From assembly GCA_964486505.1 (NCBI GenBank), contig CAZAMC010000003.1:19505-83504 (forward strand): a stretch of 64,000 bases of DNA, given 5' to 3'. The notes under the pieces were generated by a model. The model saw only the letters and a list, made by a program, of their open reading frames with translations, had not been told where the DNA came from and searched no databases. The stretch comes from an uncultured Gammaproteobacteria bacterium. GTDB taxonomy: Bacteria > Patescibacteriota > Patescibacteriia > PEXW01. The first letter of the stretch is position 1. Every line of letters starts with the position of its first letter. The position numbers were made by a program, and so were the translations under genes. Positions 33,084 through 42,775 of this stretch are shown here, piece after piece.

Positions 33084-34238
33084 TTATATGTTAATCCAGT
33101 CGTAGAGGTACTCTTGGTAGCTCACCCGGGTCCGGCTCGTGGGCGTGGGCCAGCGCACTTCGCTGGTCACCAGCACGCCCTCCTTCACTGCCTCAATGTT
33201 GTTCAGCCACCCTTTCACATACCGCGCATGGTCGTAGCAGTTTCCGGCGGAATTTTGGTCCATGACCCACTCCACGTATGGCCCGGTGCCATTCTCCCGG
33301 CCTTTGCAGACCGACTGGAACGTAACCACCCGGTAAAATTTTGTTGGCTGGGCGCCCACCAAACCGCTCACGTTCTGGGTAAACGTACCGTTCACCTCAT
33401 AGACCTGTGAGCTGGCAACATTATCCCAGGCTTCTTGCAGGGTGTAGTTGCCGGTGTCCAGAGCCGTGGACGACGGTGCGGTGAAAAACTTCAACGTCGA
33501 TGATGGAGTCGTTACAGTTCCGGACGGGAAAAGGGCAATGGTAGGATACCCCGCCTGGTAATTGAACGAATTCAAGAACATTTCAGAAATCAAGAAAGAC
33601 AGGTCACCAATGTCGGGCCGCGCTGGACTTGAGTTACTGAAGTTACAGGTCGTCTTCTGTATAGTAGAGCCATCCCAGTACGGTAGGTGCCCAGTATTGT
33701 TGTTGTCACATCCCGGGGGGAGAATCGTTAGGTTTATGTAGAGGTACTCAATGAGCGTTTGGACGTCACACATAATTGCGTCTTCATTCCCTTGGTGTAC
33801 ATCATCACTCACTCCCGTGCACATAGCCTGGGTGTTCGGGTCGGAAGCGTACTTGCCACAGCCTTCACGGTCGTAGAATTTGCACTGCCCACTGGCGTCA
33901 ATATCACCAAGGTCGTATTTGTCTTTGTAATCAACGCCGCCCAACGTTGCACTCTTCTGTACTTTCGCCGCCAGGTACTTGTCCCACGCGCCCCCCGCAA
34001 ACTCTACAGCACTCAACGCCCCCGCGTTGCGGTGAGCGTACGCGAGTTCCATCCCCTCCCGGGCCAAGTTCTGGGCAACAATGCGGTCTTGGTTTACACG
34101 GCCCAAGTTAATGGTGGTCAGTATGAGCACCAGGCTGCCCACTACCCCAATCATAAGTACGCCAATAGCCAGCACGCCTTCCAGGAGCGACGTTCCGCGG
34201 GGGAACTTAGTTCGGTGTAGCAAAGTTGCAATCCGCAT
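33084..34238 (-). CDS. PilV-like minor pilin with a large insertion
   Basis: RG|TSLLE, AQNLAREGME, C-terminal FYRVVT...VTSEVRW...YLYDW. Confidence 0.82.
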   Translation of the reverse strand: MRIATLLHRTKFPRGTSLLEGVLAIGVLMIGVVGSLVLILTTINLGRVNQDRIVAQNLAREGMELAYAHRNAGALSAVEFAGGAWDKYLAAKVQKSATLGGVDYKDKYDLGDIDASGQCKFYDREGCGKYASDPNTQAMCTGVSDDVHQGNEDAIMCDVQTLIEYLYINLTILPPGCDNNNTGHLPYWDGSTIQKTTCNFSNSSPARPDIGDLSFLISEMFLNSFNYQAGYPTIALFPSGTVTTPSSTLKFFTAPSSTALDTGNYTLQEAWDNVASSQVYEVNGTFTQNVSGLVGAQPTKFYRVVTFQSVCKGRENGTGPYVEWVMDQNSAGNCYDHARYVKGWLNNIEAVKEGVLVTSEVRWPTPTSRTRVSYQEYLYDWINI

Positions 34239-35244
34239 CGATGTACTGGGTAACGACGTTGCTATTTGTGACTTTTACCACGCGGCAACTCGCCGAGGGC
34301 CGATCGGTGAGCCCAAACATAATTTCAACTGCTGTTACCGGATTCGCCAAATCAAGAGCTGGGGTCACGGCCGCGGTAAGGGGCGCGTACTCAGCCACGT
34401 TATCGGAAAGCTTCACTTCGCGGCCATCGGGCGCAAGGTAACGTATCGTGGCCGCAATCGGGTACGGTTGGCCACCCATTGTGCCAAGTAAATCTGTCGC
34501 GGCCGAATACGGATTCGGAACTTGCTTCGACTGCCAAGGCGAACTCTCGCCACAGCTCACCCAATTCTTGGTCATCCCCGGGGGGTTCTTCGCCCAGGTC
34601 ACCCGTACATTCTGAATCTTGGCATGGGAATCCACAGTGTACTTGGCTACTTGGGTATCCCCCTTCGGGAGCGTTTGAAACAGCAGTGTCGCAATTCCAT
34701 CGGGTGGGAAAATACCATTCGAGTCGTTCATGCCATACTCGGGTGGGAAACACGCGCCGAGTGCTCCGGATCCACTCCCAAAACAATTCGTTCGATCGGC
34801 GACGTAGTAGTAACTCTGGCGCGCATTCGAAATGAGCGCGTAATCGGTACTCGCCGAACTATTGTAGCAACTGAATGCCAACATAAAACCTTTCGGCGGC
34901 ACAGGACTCGCCGCCTCACACGCGGTTCCAATTTTTGGGCAGCAGTGACTGCTGCACCCGGAAGTGCCACTATCGGCGGCACACTTCCCGTTCACCAGCG
35001 CACACGTACACGGCAGGCCGGTTCGATGGTAGCAGAAAAACTGCTGCGTCCCTGCTGCAGTTTGCTCTTGCACAAGCCGCAGCCGACTCATGAACAACGA
35101 TGACTCACGTTGCAGTAGGCTGTCCTGATTTGCGCGTTGGTAGTTGGCGGTTACCAGCACAATGAGAATGCCGCTGATGAGGAGGGTGAGGCTTATTTCA
35201 ATGAGGGTGAAACCCCGAGGGTGCTTACGAGGATTCATAGACAT
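34207..35244 (-). CDS. Minor pilin (FimU/GspH-like, Cys-rich)
   Basis: PRG|FTLIE; start approximate. Confidence 0.82.
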   Translation of the reverse strand: MSMNPRKHPRGFTLIEISLTLLISGILIVLVTANYQRANQDSLLQRESSLFMSRLRLVQEQTAAGTQQFFCYHRTGLPCTCALVNGKCAADSGTSGCSSHCCPKIGTACEAASPVPPKGFMLAFSCYNSSASTDYALISNARQSYYYVADRTNCFGSGSGALGACFPPEYGMNDSNGIFPPDGIATLLFQTLPKGDTQVAKYTVDSHAKIQNVRVTWAKNPPGMTKNWVSCGESSPWQSKQVPNPYSAATDLLGTMGGQPYPIAATIRYLAPDGREVKLSDNVAEYAPLTAAVTPALDLANPVTAVEIMFGLTDRPSASCRVVKVTNSNVVTQYIDADCNFATPN

Positions 35245-35248
35245 ACGC

Positions 35249-36178
35249 TTAGCTAGCGAAGCTGCAGTTCTCATCAATGTGCTGGGAAATGACGCCTTCT
35301 TTCGTCATCCGGATTACCCGGCAGTCAATTACCCGGTTCTTCAGGCCCAGCATGATGTCCACCTGTGACCAGCTCTTCCCGGTAGTGCCAATGACACCGT
35401 CTACTGCTGCAGTATCGCTGATATTGTCATTCAGCACCACTGCCCGGCCGCCCGGAGGGAGGAAGCGAATGAAAGCTTGCAACGGGTAGTCCGGTGGCAC
35501 GTCATCAGCATGAACGGGCTCTAGCTTCCCATTCCAGGGTGAACCACCCAGGTATGCGCCATTGCGGCAGCGAACCTTTGCCGCACTCTGGGTTTCGGTT
35601 AACTGGATATCAACGATGCTCACTTTTGCATCCAGGTCATGCTGCGCGGTTTGGGGGTCACCCTTGGACCGCGAGAGAATCTCGTAGACGCTGGCAATGC
35701 CATCGGCGGCATTCGTTGTCCACTGCGACCCATCACCGAACACGGGCGGGTAGCACAGGGCCCCGGTCGAACCGCACTGCACGAAGTCGGCCACCGTAAC
35801 GTAGCGGCTTGCCCCGAGCGCACTGGTGGCAAGCTGTGATGCAGGGTACGCCGGTTGGGGGCAAGTGAAGAGCACGCCGTACCCTCCGGCAGGTGTGGTC
35901 TCGGCTTGGCAGGTACCGGGTGAGCACTGGCTATCGGCTGTGCAGAGTGTGCCGGTATCTTCCGTACAGGTGCGAATAGTCGTTCCAGCCGACGTTTGCT
36001 CCTGCGCCAGCCGGATATCGGCTACCAGCAGCGCCGCCTGGCGAACCAGTAAACTATCGTCACTCCCCCGGTTGTACCGTGCGAGGATGAGCCCCAGCAG
36101 TACCGAAAAAATCCCCATCGCGACGAGCACCTCGACGAGTGAGAAGCCTTGATGTTGGAGTTGAGGTTGAGCGGGCAT
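35249..36178 (-). CDS. Minor pilin, paralog of the adjacent downstream gene
   Basis: QG|FSLVE; start trimmed to MPAQPQ. Confidence 0.82.
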   Translation of the reverse strand: MPAQPQLQHQGFSLVEVLVAMGIFSVLLGLILARYNRGSDDSLLVRQAALLVADIRLAQEQTSAGTTIRTCTEDTGTLCTADSQCSPGTCQAETTPAGGYGVLFTCPQPAYPASQLATSALGASRYVTVADFVQCGSTGALCYPPVFGDGSQWTTNAADGIASVYEILSRSKGDPQTAQHDLDAKVSIVDIQLTETQSAAKVRCRNGAYLGGSPWNGKLEPVHADDVPPDYPLQAFIRFLPPGGRAVVLNDNISDTAAVDGVIGTTGKSWSQVDIMLGLKNRVIDCRVIRMTKEGVISQHIDENCSFAS

Positions 36179-36186
36179 ATTTCGCG

Positions 36187-36993
36187 CTACCACCCAAGTG
36201 CGCGTTGGTACCAGGATACCACGCTGGGACCGAAAAGGAAGGTCAGCACACTCGCAAATGCTAGAAAACTTCCAAAAGGAATAGCCGTCTTGAAGGTCAC
36301 TCGCCCGCGCAGGAGGAGCACCACGGCCCACACACTGCCCACTACATAGGCAACAAAAAGTGCAGCGAGGGTGTAGGGCAAGCCCAAGAAGATGCCCATG
36401 AGCGCGCCCAGCCGGATGTCGCCCGATCCCACCCACCGGCCTTTCGACACGGCCCACTGTGCCGCAAACCAACCGGCGCCAGCGGCCGCGGCCAACACAA
36501 TAGTCCCCAGCTCTCTGAGCATACCGGACGCTACCGCTTCGCTGCCAAAGTGCGTCACCCGCAGAATTTGCACGATGCCAAGAACCACCATGCCCGATAC
36601 ACTGACGCGATCGGGGACAATGCCAAACTTTCCATCAATAACCCCCAAGACCACAAACCACGCTCCCCCAAGAATGCCCAGGAGCGCGAGCACACTCACC
36701 CCAAACTGCCATGCGGTGAGACCAAAAATCGCTGCCGTGAGAAGTTCTACCGCAAGGTATTGGGCGCTAATAGATTTGTGACAGTACCGGCACCGCCCGC
36801 GCAGGGCTAGATAACTAAAGACGGGTATGAGGTCGAGGACATGGAGTACATGCCGGCAGCGAGGACAGCGCGAACGATTCTTCACGCCAACCACCCGCCG
36901 GCCCTTGGGGATGCGGAGAATGAGGACGTTCAAAAAACTCCCAACGAGAGCGCCGAGGATTACTGCCACGGTTATGGTAAACCCGGCCGGCAT
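36187..36993 (-). CDS. pilD: Prepilin peptidase / N-methyltransferase
   Basis: GSFLNV, CxxC...CxxC, GSGD, IPFG. Confidence 0.95.
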   Translation of the reverse strand: MPAGFTITVAVILGALVGSFLNVLILRIPKGRRVVGVKNRSRCPRCRHVLHVLDLIPVFSYLALRGRCRYCHKSISAQYLAVELLTAAIFGLTAWQFGVSVLALLGILGGAWFVVLGVIDGKFGIVPDRVSVSGMVVLGIVQILRVTHFGSEAVASGMLRELGTIVLAAAAGAGWFAAQWAVSKGRWVGSGDIRLGALMGIFLGLPYTLAALFVAYVVGSVWAVVLLLRGRVTFKTAIPFGSFLAFASVLTFLFGPSVVSWYQRALGW

Positions 36994-36998
36994 GGCCG

Positions 36999-37415
36999 TT
37001 AGCGAATTCCCGCCGGAGTGAGCGTGTGGCGACCAGCCGCTAGGCCCGTGGCGCCCTTTTCCAACGTGAATGCCACTTCGTAGCTTGTCGCATCGGGCAC
37101 CTTGGTCACCAGGTAATCGCCGCCCCGCGGATCTCGCAGTGTACTAATGGTAGAAAAATCCTGCGCTAAGTTGCAGGTGCGAACGGGAACATTGGCTGTG
37201 CTACACCCATTCTGCGCCGCACCCGCGTAGCTGGCCGTGCGATTGTACAGCAGCAAAAACCCAACCTGGAGCCGAGCCATATCAGCTACGCGTTGGGCAT
37301 CGCGCGACTTAGCTCGCTCTGCACTAATGAGCCGAACGCCAATGAAGAGCACCACGAGCACGATGAGTGCCGCCACTACCATGCTGATCATGGAAACCCC
37401 CCGAGGCTGCTGCAT
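36999..37415 (-). CDS. Degenerate pilin-like protein
   Basis: PRG|VSMISM with TM helix, RAKSRDAQRVADM, DP motif. Confidence 0.75.
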   Translation of the reverse strand: MQQPRGVSMISMVVAALIVLVVLFIGVRLISAERAKSRDAQRVADMARLQVGFLLLYNRTASYAGAAQNGCSTANVPVRTCNLAQDFSTISTLRDPRGGDYLVTKVPDATSYEVAFTLEKGATGLAAGRHTLTPAGIR

Positions 37416-37435
37416 ATGGCCCTAGTATAGCACGC

Positions 37436-39214
37436 CTACTGAGCCTGCAGTTGCTTCTGGATACCCGCTCGGAGCGTCTGCATATTCACGATATCTGTAG
37501 CGTAGGCAGGGTTGGCCGACCACGACCCTTCGGGATACGCCGCCAAAGCTTTGTCAACAACCGCTACGGCATCGGCCAGACGTTTCTGTGAAATGAGGAA
37601 GTTGGCGTACTCCCCAGCAATGTCTAAGTGGAAGGCATTGTCATACGTCACAGCCTTCTGAAAAGCGTGCTCTGCGTCCGCGTAGCGCCGGTCGGAATAC
37701 TCCACGCGGCCCAGTAGCCGGTACGTGAAGTAATTTGTGGGTGCCCATGCCAATGCTCGGTGCAGCTGCTCACGAGCCCGTTGGAGTGCGCCAGCATCGC
37801 CAGGAGCGCTCACCCACAGCGCTTCGGCAAGTTGGTTGCGACGCGTGGGGTCGGGGTCGTAGCGCAAGCCTTGCGCGTATGTTTGCACGGCGCTCTCGGC
37901 TTCCCCATGCGCTAACGCCCGGTCGGCCCGTTCAAAGTAGGTCCAGGCATACGCCACGCCCAAACCCCGAACGAAAACAATGAGGGCGATCACAACCATG
38001 ACGCTGGTCACGGCAAATCCTGCACGTCTGTTCGGCGCGGTGGTTGGGCCAGCCAGCAAGCCGGCCAGGATGAAAAATGCCACCCACACCGCGGGGAAAT
38101 GCCAACCAAAATCCACGGCGGCGGCAATAGCGCTCCCGCCAATAGCGACGCTCAACCAGGCAAGGTGCCTCTGGTCGGCATTCAAGTCTCGAAAGCGCTC
38201 CGCCACCCGCATCGCCAAAATTATGAACCCGCCCACGAACGCCAGCGCCACCAGCCCGCCGGCTTCTGCGGCAATCTCTAGGTACGCATTGTGGGTGTAC
38301 CGTGGTTGCTCAAAGAGCGTTCGCGCGTATCGCGGGTACGAAATTTGGTATGCCCCAAGCCCCACCCCGGTAAATGGACGGTCGATGAGCATGTCCACGG
38401 CGCTCTGCGCAAAATGCCACCGCTGGCTAAAGCTGGAACGGAAGTGCTCCCCTGAGATGACTTGATCAAGCCGAATTCCCGCTTGGAAGCTCTTCAGCTG
38501 CACCGATCGAAGCCCAACTACCCCTCCCAACAGCACCAACAGAATACCCAGGCTCCACACCACGCGGCGAACATTTACCACGCGCCGGCCAGCTATTACT
38601 ATGCCAATGATGGCGGCCAGGCCCAACCCAAACCATGCCGTGTAGGAATACGTCCGCAGGAGAGCAACGGCAATCACCCCCACGCCGAACCAAGACACAA
38701 TCCGCCAACGGCGCGAGCTACCCAGGGCAACGGCAACACCCACCGGCAGAACGAGCGCTAAGAATGCGCCGAGAGCATTCGCGTTGCCAAGCAGCCCCCC
38801 AGCCCGGTCTGCGCCTTCGGTGAACTGGCTTACCAACGCCCACGCGGCACTGCCCGCCCCGCCAACAAAAACCCAACGGAGTACGTTAGGAACATACGGC
38901 CCAGGGATTTCCCGAGCGGCAATGAACGTGGTGAAGCCGATGAACAGGTACGTGAGGTTCCGAACCGACGCGTAGTGCTGCTGTGACCACACTGCCGTAA
39001 GGGCTGCCAGTGCAAATGTGGCAAGGAACCACACCGTGGGTGAACGCCAGCCTCCCGCCAAAGGGTGCGCGTGGCGAGAAAAAATGACGAGGAGCAACGT
39101 GAGAATGCCAAGAACCGCATCCACCCAAGGTGACCAGTCACCCCCAATGACCGTGGCTACCAGGAAGGCAACCACGAGCGACACGGGCAATATGGATTCG
39201 CGGTGGAGGATCAT
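37436..39214 (-). CDS. O-antigen ligase / O-oligosaccharyltransferase family protein with C-terminal TPRs
   Basis: About 12 TMs, RAGG..GNAN, TYS, GVGLGAY, HNAYLEIAAEAG; TPR-like helices. Confidence 0.85.
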   Translation of the reverse strand: MILHRESILPVSLVVAFLVATVIGGDWSPWVDAVLGILTLLLVIFSRHAHPLAGGWRSPTVWFLATFALAALTAVWSQQHYASVRNLTYLFIGFTTFIAAREIPGPYVPNVLRWVFVGGAGSAAWALVSQFTEGADRAGGLLGNANALGAFLALVLPVGVAVALGSSRRWRIVSWFGVGVIAVALLRTYSYTAWFGLGLAAIIGIVIAGRRVVNVRRVVWSLGILLVLLGGVVGLRSVQLKSFQAGIRLDQVISGEHFRSSFSQRWHFAQSAVDMLIDRPFTGVGLGAYQISYPRYARTLFEQPRYTHNAYLEIAAEAGGLVALAFVGGFIILAMRVAERFRDLNADQRHLAWLSVAIGGSAIAAAVDFGWHFPAVWVAFFILAGLLAGPTTAPNRRAGFAVTSVMVVIALIVFVRGLGVAYAWTYFERADRALAHGEAESAVQTYAQGLRYDPDPTRRNQLAEALWVSAPGDAGALQRAREQLHRALAWAPTNYFTYRLLGRVEYSDRRYADAEHAFQKAVTYDNAFHLDIAGEYANFLISQKRLADAVAVVDKALAAYPEGSWSANPAYATDIVNMQTLRAGIQKQLQAQ

Positions 39215-39216
39215 GC

Positions 39217-39696
39217 CTAGGGTTGCGGGCACGCAGTCACGGCTGCTTCGTCGGCTGTGCTTTTGCTATAGCTCAGCACCCACCATGACCCCGGATTCAC
39301 CGGGCGCTCAAGGAAAGCGTACAAGGTGTAGTTCCCGTTTGGTCGCCCCTCGCTATCGTCACATGCCAAATAGTAGTACCACTCATTTGCACTCGGCGCG
39401 TCTGGCAACTGACCCATGAACTTGGGTTCACCAATGAGCGCGTCGTAGAGCACGTTGCCTGTCGTGCTCGTGTTGTTAAACGGCAACGCCGATGCCTGCG
39501 GCGGGAAGTTCCCAAAGGCATCGTAGTAGAGGGCCAGGGCAGTTCGGACTGAACCCAGGTCGGTCTTACGCTTTGAGTCTCGGGCTCGTTCCCGAGCGCC
39601 CTGCATGGCAATGAGGCCGATAGCGGAAAGGATGCCGATGACCGCAATGACAACTAGCAACTCGATGAGGGTAAAGCCCGATCTGCGTTTCTCCAT
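39217..39696 (-). CDS. Type IV pilin
   Basis: SG|[26 protein letters not shown]. Confidence 0.92.
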   Translation of the reverse strand: MEKRRSGFTLIELLVVIAVIGILSAIGLIAMQGARERARDSKRKTDLGSVRTALALYYDAFGNFPPQASALPFNNTSTTGNVLYDALIGEPKFMGQLPDAPSANEWYYYLACDDSEGRPNGNYTLYAFLERPVNPGSWWVLSYSKSTADEAAVTACPQP

Positions 39697-39711
39697 GGCC
39701 ACAGTATAGCA

Positions 39712-39736
39712 AAAGAGCGCCTCGTGAGCGCTCTTT
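39712..39736 (-). terminator. Terminator after the major pilin candidate
   Basis: AAAGAGCGC-7-GCGCTCTTT. Confidence 0.7.
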
Positions 39737-39750
39737 GTGCTTTCAGTAGA

Positions 39751-40257
39751 TTACAAGTAGGTTACGGCGCACGTGCTGGTGTTCAACGTTGCATCACTGT
39801 TTAGTGCTTCTCCTGCTGTACCTTGCGTGTAACTCACAACCCACCATGCATTTTGATTCGCTGGTCGCTCCAGGTTGGTGTACAAAATGTAGGTGTCGTG
39901 ATCCGCTGCTGCAGTAACGTCGCACGTCTTGTAGTAGTACGTGTCCGATGTCTGCGCCATCTTCGGCAGCTTGGAGATGAACTTCTGGGATGAGCCCACA
40001 AGGCCCATGCCAATGGAGTTCACTGTTTGGAATCGGTCATCAAACTCAATGCGCACGAAGGCGGGCGGGAAGTTCTGATACGTATCGTAATACAGCGCCA
40101 AACCCGTCCGGACCTGGCCGGCGTCGCTCTTGCGCTGGCTGTCGCGGGCCTTTTCACGTGCCCCGTTGAGGGCGATGAGGCCGACGGCAGACAGGATACC
40201 GATGATGGCAATAACCACCAAGAGTTCGATGAGGGTAAAACCTTTTCGGTTCGTCAT
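39751..40257 (-). CDS. Type IV pilin, probable major pilin
   Basis: KG|[17 protein letters not shown]; own promoter, strong SD AAGGGAGGTGA and own terminator. Confidence 0.92.
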   Translation of the reverse strand: MTNRKGFTLIELLVVIAIIGILSAVGLIALNGAREKARDSQRKSDAGQVRTGLALYYDTYQNFPPAFVRIEFDDRFQTVNSIGMGLVGSSQKFISKLPKMAQTSDTYYYKTCDVTAAADHDTYILYTNLERPANQNAWWVVSYTQGTAGEALNSDATLNTSTCAVTYL

Positions 40258-40452
40258 GTCTGTCACCTCCCTTCGCTTTATGCGGCGAGGCGGATGTCTG
40301 TTTGGGGGATCAGTGATCAGTACTGAACCACCCATCCTCCCTGTCGCCCAGGTAGCTCGACAGCCACTGGGTAACGCAGTTCAGGACAATCCGCAGCCAC
40401 GACAAGATAGATAGAGTATAGCAGTTTTTCGCCAACCTGACCAGCACCAACG

Positions 40453-41661
40453 CTACGTAATGGCGTTGCTCACGTTGTAGATTGGCAGCAAAATTGAAGA
40501 AACCATGAAGCCCACACCCACGCCCATGAGGAGCAAAATCACCGGCTCAATGAGCGCAACCAGGTTCCGGACGAGGGCGTCTAGCTCGTTCTCGTAGAAC
40601 TGCGCCACTTTGAGCAACACCTGATCCAACCGACCCGACTGTTCACCCACGCTCATCATCTGGGAAAGCATGAGCGGCACTTGCTTGCTGCGGACGAATA
40701 CGGTGGTAATGGAATTGCCGTCTTCAACCTCCCGAATGGTCTTGTCGAGGATGCCCGAGTACACGTGGTTGCCTACCACTTCCGAGGTAATGCCCAGGGC
40801 CTGGGAAATCGGCACACCGGAGGCCAAGAGTGTGGACAGCGACCGGGCCAGGCGGGTGAGGTAAATCATGGTAAAAATCTTGCCACCAATGGGCATCCGG
40901 AGCTTCACAATGTCCAAAATCCGTCGGCCATTCGCGGTCTTCCGCCAGTAGTAGAAGCCCACAACCACGCCGACGAAGAGCGCAATGACAATGTACCACT
41001 GGTTGCGCATGAAGTTGCTCGTCCAGATCAGGAGCTTGGTTGTAAGCGGGAGCTCCACGCCACCCTGGGTGAAAATTTCAAGAAGTTTTGGCAGGACAAA
41101 AACAACCATCACAATTGCTACCACGACCACCGCGAAGAGCACGACCGCCGGGTAAATGAAGGCCCCCCGGACACGGCTCATGATGCCGTAATCTTTCTCG
41201 CGCTGGTCGGCAAGGTAGATGAGGACTTCGTCCAGCTTGCCGGTGGTTTCACCAGATCGGATCATGGACACGAAGAAGGTGTTGAACACGTTCGGGTAAC
41301 GCGCCATTGCTGCCGAAAGCTTGGCGCCGCCATCGACTTCATCCAGGATGTCCGACAAAATCATCTTGAAGTGCACGTTCTTGGTTTGGCGCACCAGAAT
41401 GCGCAGGGCGCGGACGATTGGCACGTTAGCCGAAATCATCACGGAAAGCTGCCGAGCAAAAATGACTTGCTCCTTAACGGTTACCCGACGGAACAAATCC
41501 GCACTGAAGAACTTCGCGCTCTTCGCCCGCTCTTTCAGGCTCACAATGGTCAGCTGCTTCTCCCGTAGGGTGTCGTACGCAACGGACTCCGATGGCGCGA
41601 CAACGGCACCTTCAACAGTCTGGCCTCCTAAATTTTTGGCGCGGTAATCGTAGATCGCCAT
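40453..41661 (-). CDS. pilC: T4P platform protein PilC (GspF family)
   Basis: FARQLSVMISA, GETTGKLD, YP, GEQSGRLD, IEP. Confidence 0.95.
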   Translation of the reverse strand: MAIYDYRAKNLGGQTVEGAVVAPSESVAYDTLREKQLTIVSLKERAKSAKFFSADLFRRVTVKEQVIFARQLSVMISANVPIVRALRILVRQTKNVHFKMILSDILDEVDGGAKLSAAMARYPNVFNTFFVSMIRSGETTGKLDEVLIYLADQREKDYGIMSRVRGAFIYPAVVLFAVVVVAIVMVVFVLPKLLEIFTQGGVELPLTTKLLIWTSNFMRNQWYIVIALFVGVVVGFYYWRKTANGRRILDIVKLRMPIGGKIFTMIYLTRLARSLSTLLASGVPISQALGITSEVVGNHVYSGILDKTIREVEDGNSITTVFVRSKQVPLMLSQMMSVGEQSGRLDQVLLKVAQFYENELDALVRNLVALIEPVILLLMGVGVGFMVSSILLPIYNVSNAIT

Positions 41662-41664
41662 ACG

Positions 41665-42741
41665 CTAGCTCCGGTTCGCAATCGAACGAATGTTGGCCGG
41701 GTCCACGGCCATCGCCTCGGCATCGGCGAGCTGAATGTCGCCCGTGCGCACGTACTCCGCGAGCGAGCGATCCAAGGAAATTGCTCCCTCTTCACGTGCC
41801 GTTTGCACGGCGTTGGCGAGCTGGAGGAACTGGCCATCCCGCACGAGTGCCCGCAGGCCGGTGGTGGGAGTGAGGACCCCACAGACGAGAATGCGCCCCC
41901 CACCCATGCGCGGCACCAGCCGCTGGTTGAGGATGCCAATGAGGGATTCGGCCAGGTGTTTGCGCGCCCACGCCTGCTCATCACTGGGGAAGGCGGCGGT
42001 GAGGAGTTCCAGGGCCTGCACAGAGGAGTCGGTGGTCATGGAGGCAATGACGAGCCGGCCGCTGTGTACCGCCCGCACGCACGCCTGCATGCTCGCCGCA
42101 TCCTCAAGCTCGCTCACCACGAGCACGTCCACATCTTCGCGGTCAGCCCCCGCAATGCCCGCGGCGGTCGTGGGGACGTCCGACCCAACTTCCCGCTGCT
42201 CAATGATGCTCTTCTCACTAGAAAACAAAAACTCAATCGGCCGTTCAATGGTCACCAGGTGTGCCGCCCGCTTGTGGTTAATGCTATTCACCATGGCGGC
42301 CATGGTCGTGGTGCGACCAGAACCGTAAGGGCCCACCAAGAGCACGAGGCCGTGTGTACTCTGGGCATACTGCTCGACAACCGCGGGCAATCCCAGGTCT
42401 TGAATTGTTGGAATTGCATCCGGGATGTACCGCAGGTCGAGGGAGAGATTCCCCTTCTGGTACTTGGCCACCAGCCGGAAACGGAGCTTCCCTTCCAGCG
42501 TCAAGGTGGTACGCAAGTCCCGTTCCCGCTCCAACGCCTCCCGCTGAGCCGGGCTGAGGATTGCTTCAACGTAGGCACGGAGCAGGTCCACGCTCAACGG
42601 CGCTTCTTGTTCCAACGTTAAAAGTTTGCCGTCGACGCGAAAGACGGGCGGGCTGCCCGCAAGCAAATGCACATCCGACGCCCGATACTGGGTGGCTTGA
42701 ATGAGGATGCGCGAGATTGCTTGTTGCTCAGAGGTAAGCAT
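41665..42741 (-). CDS. PilT/PilU-family protein with degenerate ATPase motifs
   Basis: ASDVHL, RVDG, QREVG, QRLVP retained; Walker A is GSGRTTT. Confidence 0.85.
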   Translation of the reverse strand: MLTSEQQAISRILIQATQYRASDVHLLAGSPPVFRVDGKLLTLEQEAPLSVDLLRAYVEAILSPAQREALERERDLRTTLTLEGKLRFRLVAKYQKGNLSLDLRYIPDAIPTIQDLGLPAVVEQYAQSTHGLVLLVGPYGSGRTTTMAAMVNSINHKRAAHLVTIERPIEFLFSSEKSIIEQREVGSDVPTTAAGIAGADREDVDVLVVSELEDAASMQACVRAVHSGRLVIASMTTDSSVQALELLTAAFPSDEQAWARKHLAESLIGILNQRLVPRMGGGRILVCGVLTPTTGLRALVRDGQFLQLANAVQTAREEGAISLDRSLAEYVRTGDIQLADAEAMAVDPANIRSIANRS

Positions 42742-42775
42742 GGTCGAGGGGTAGGCGGGCGACGAGGTTCCAGCG

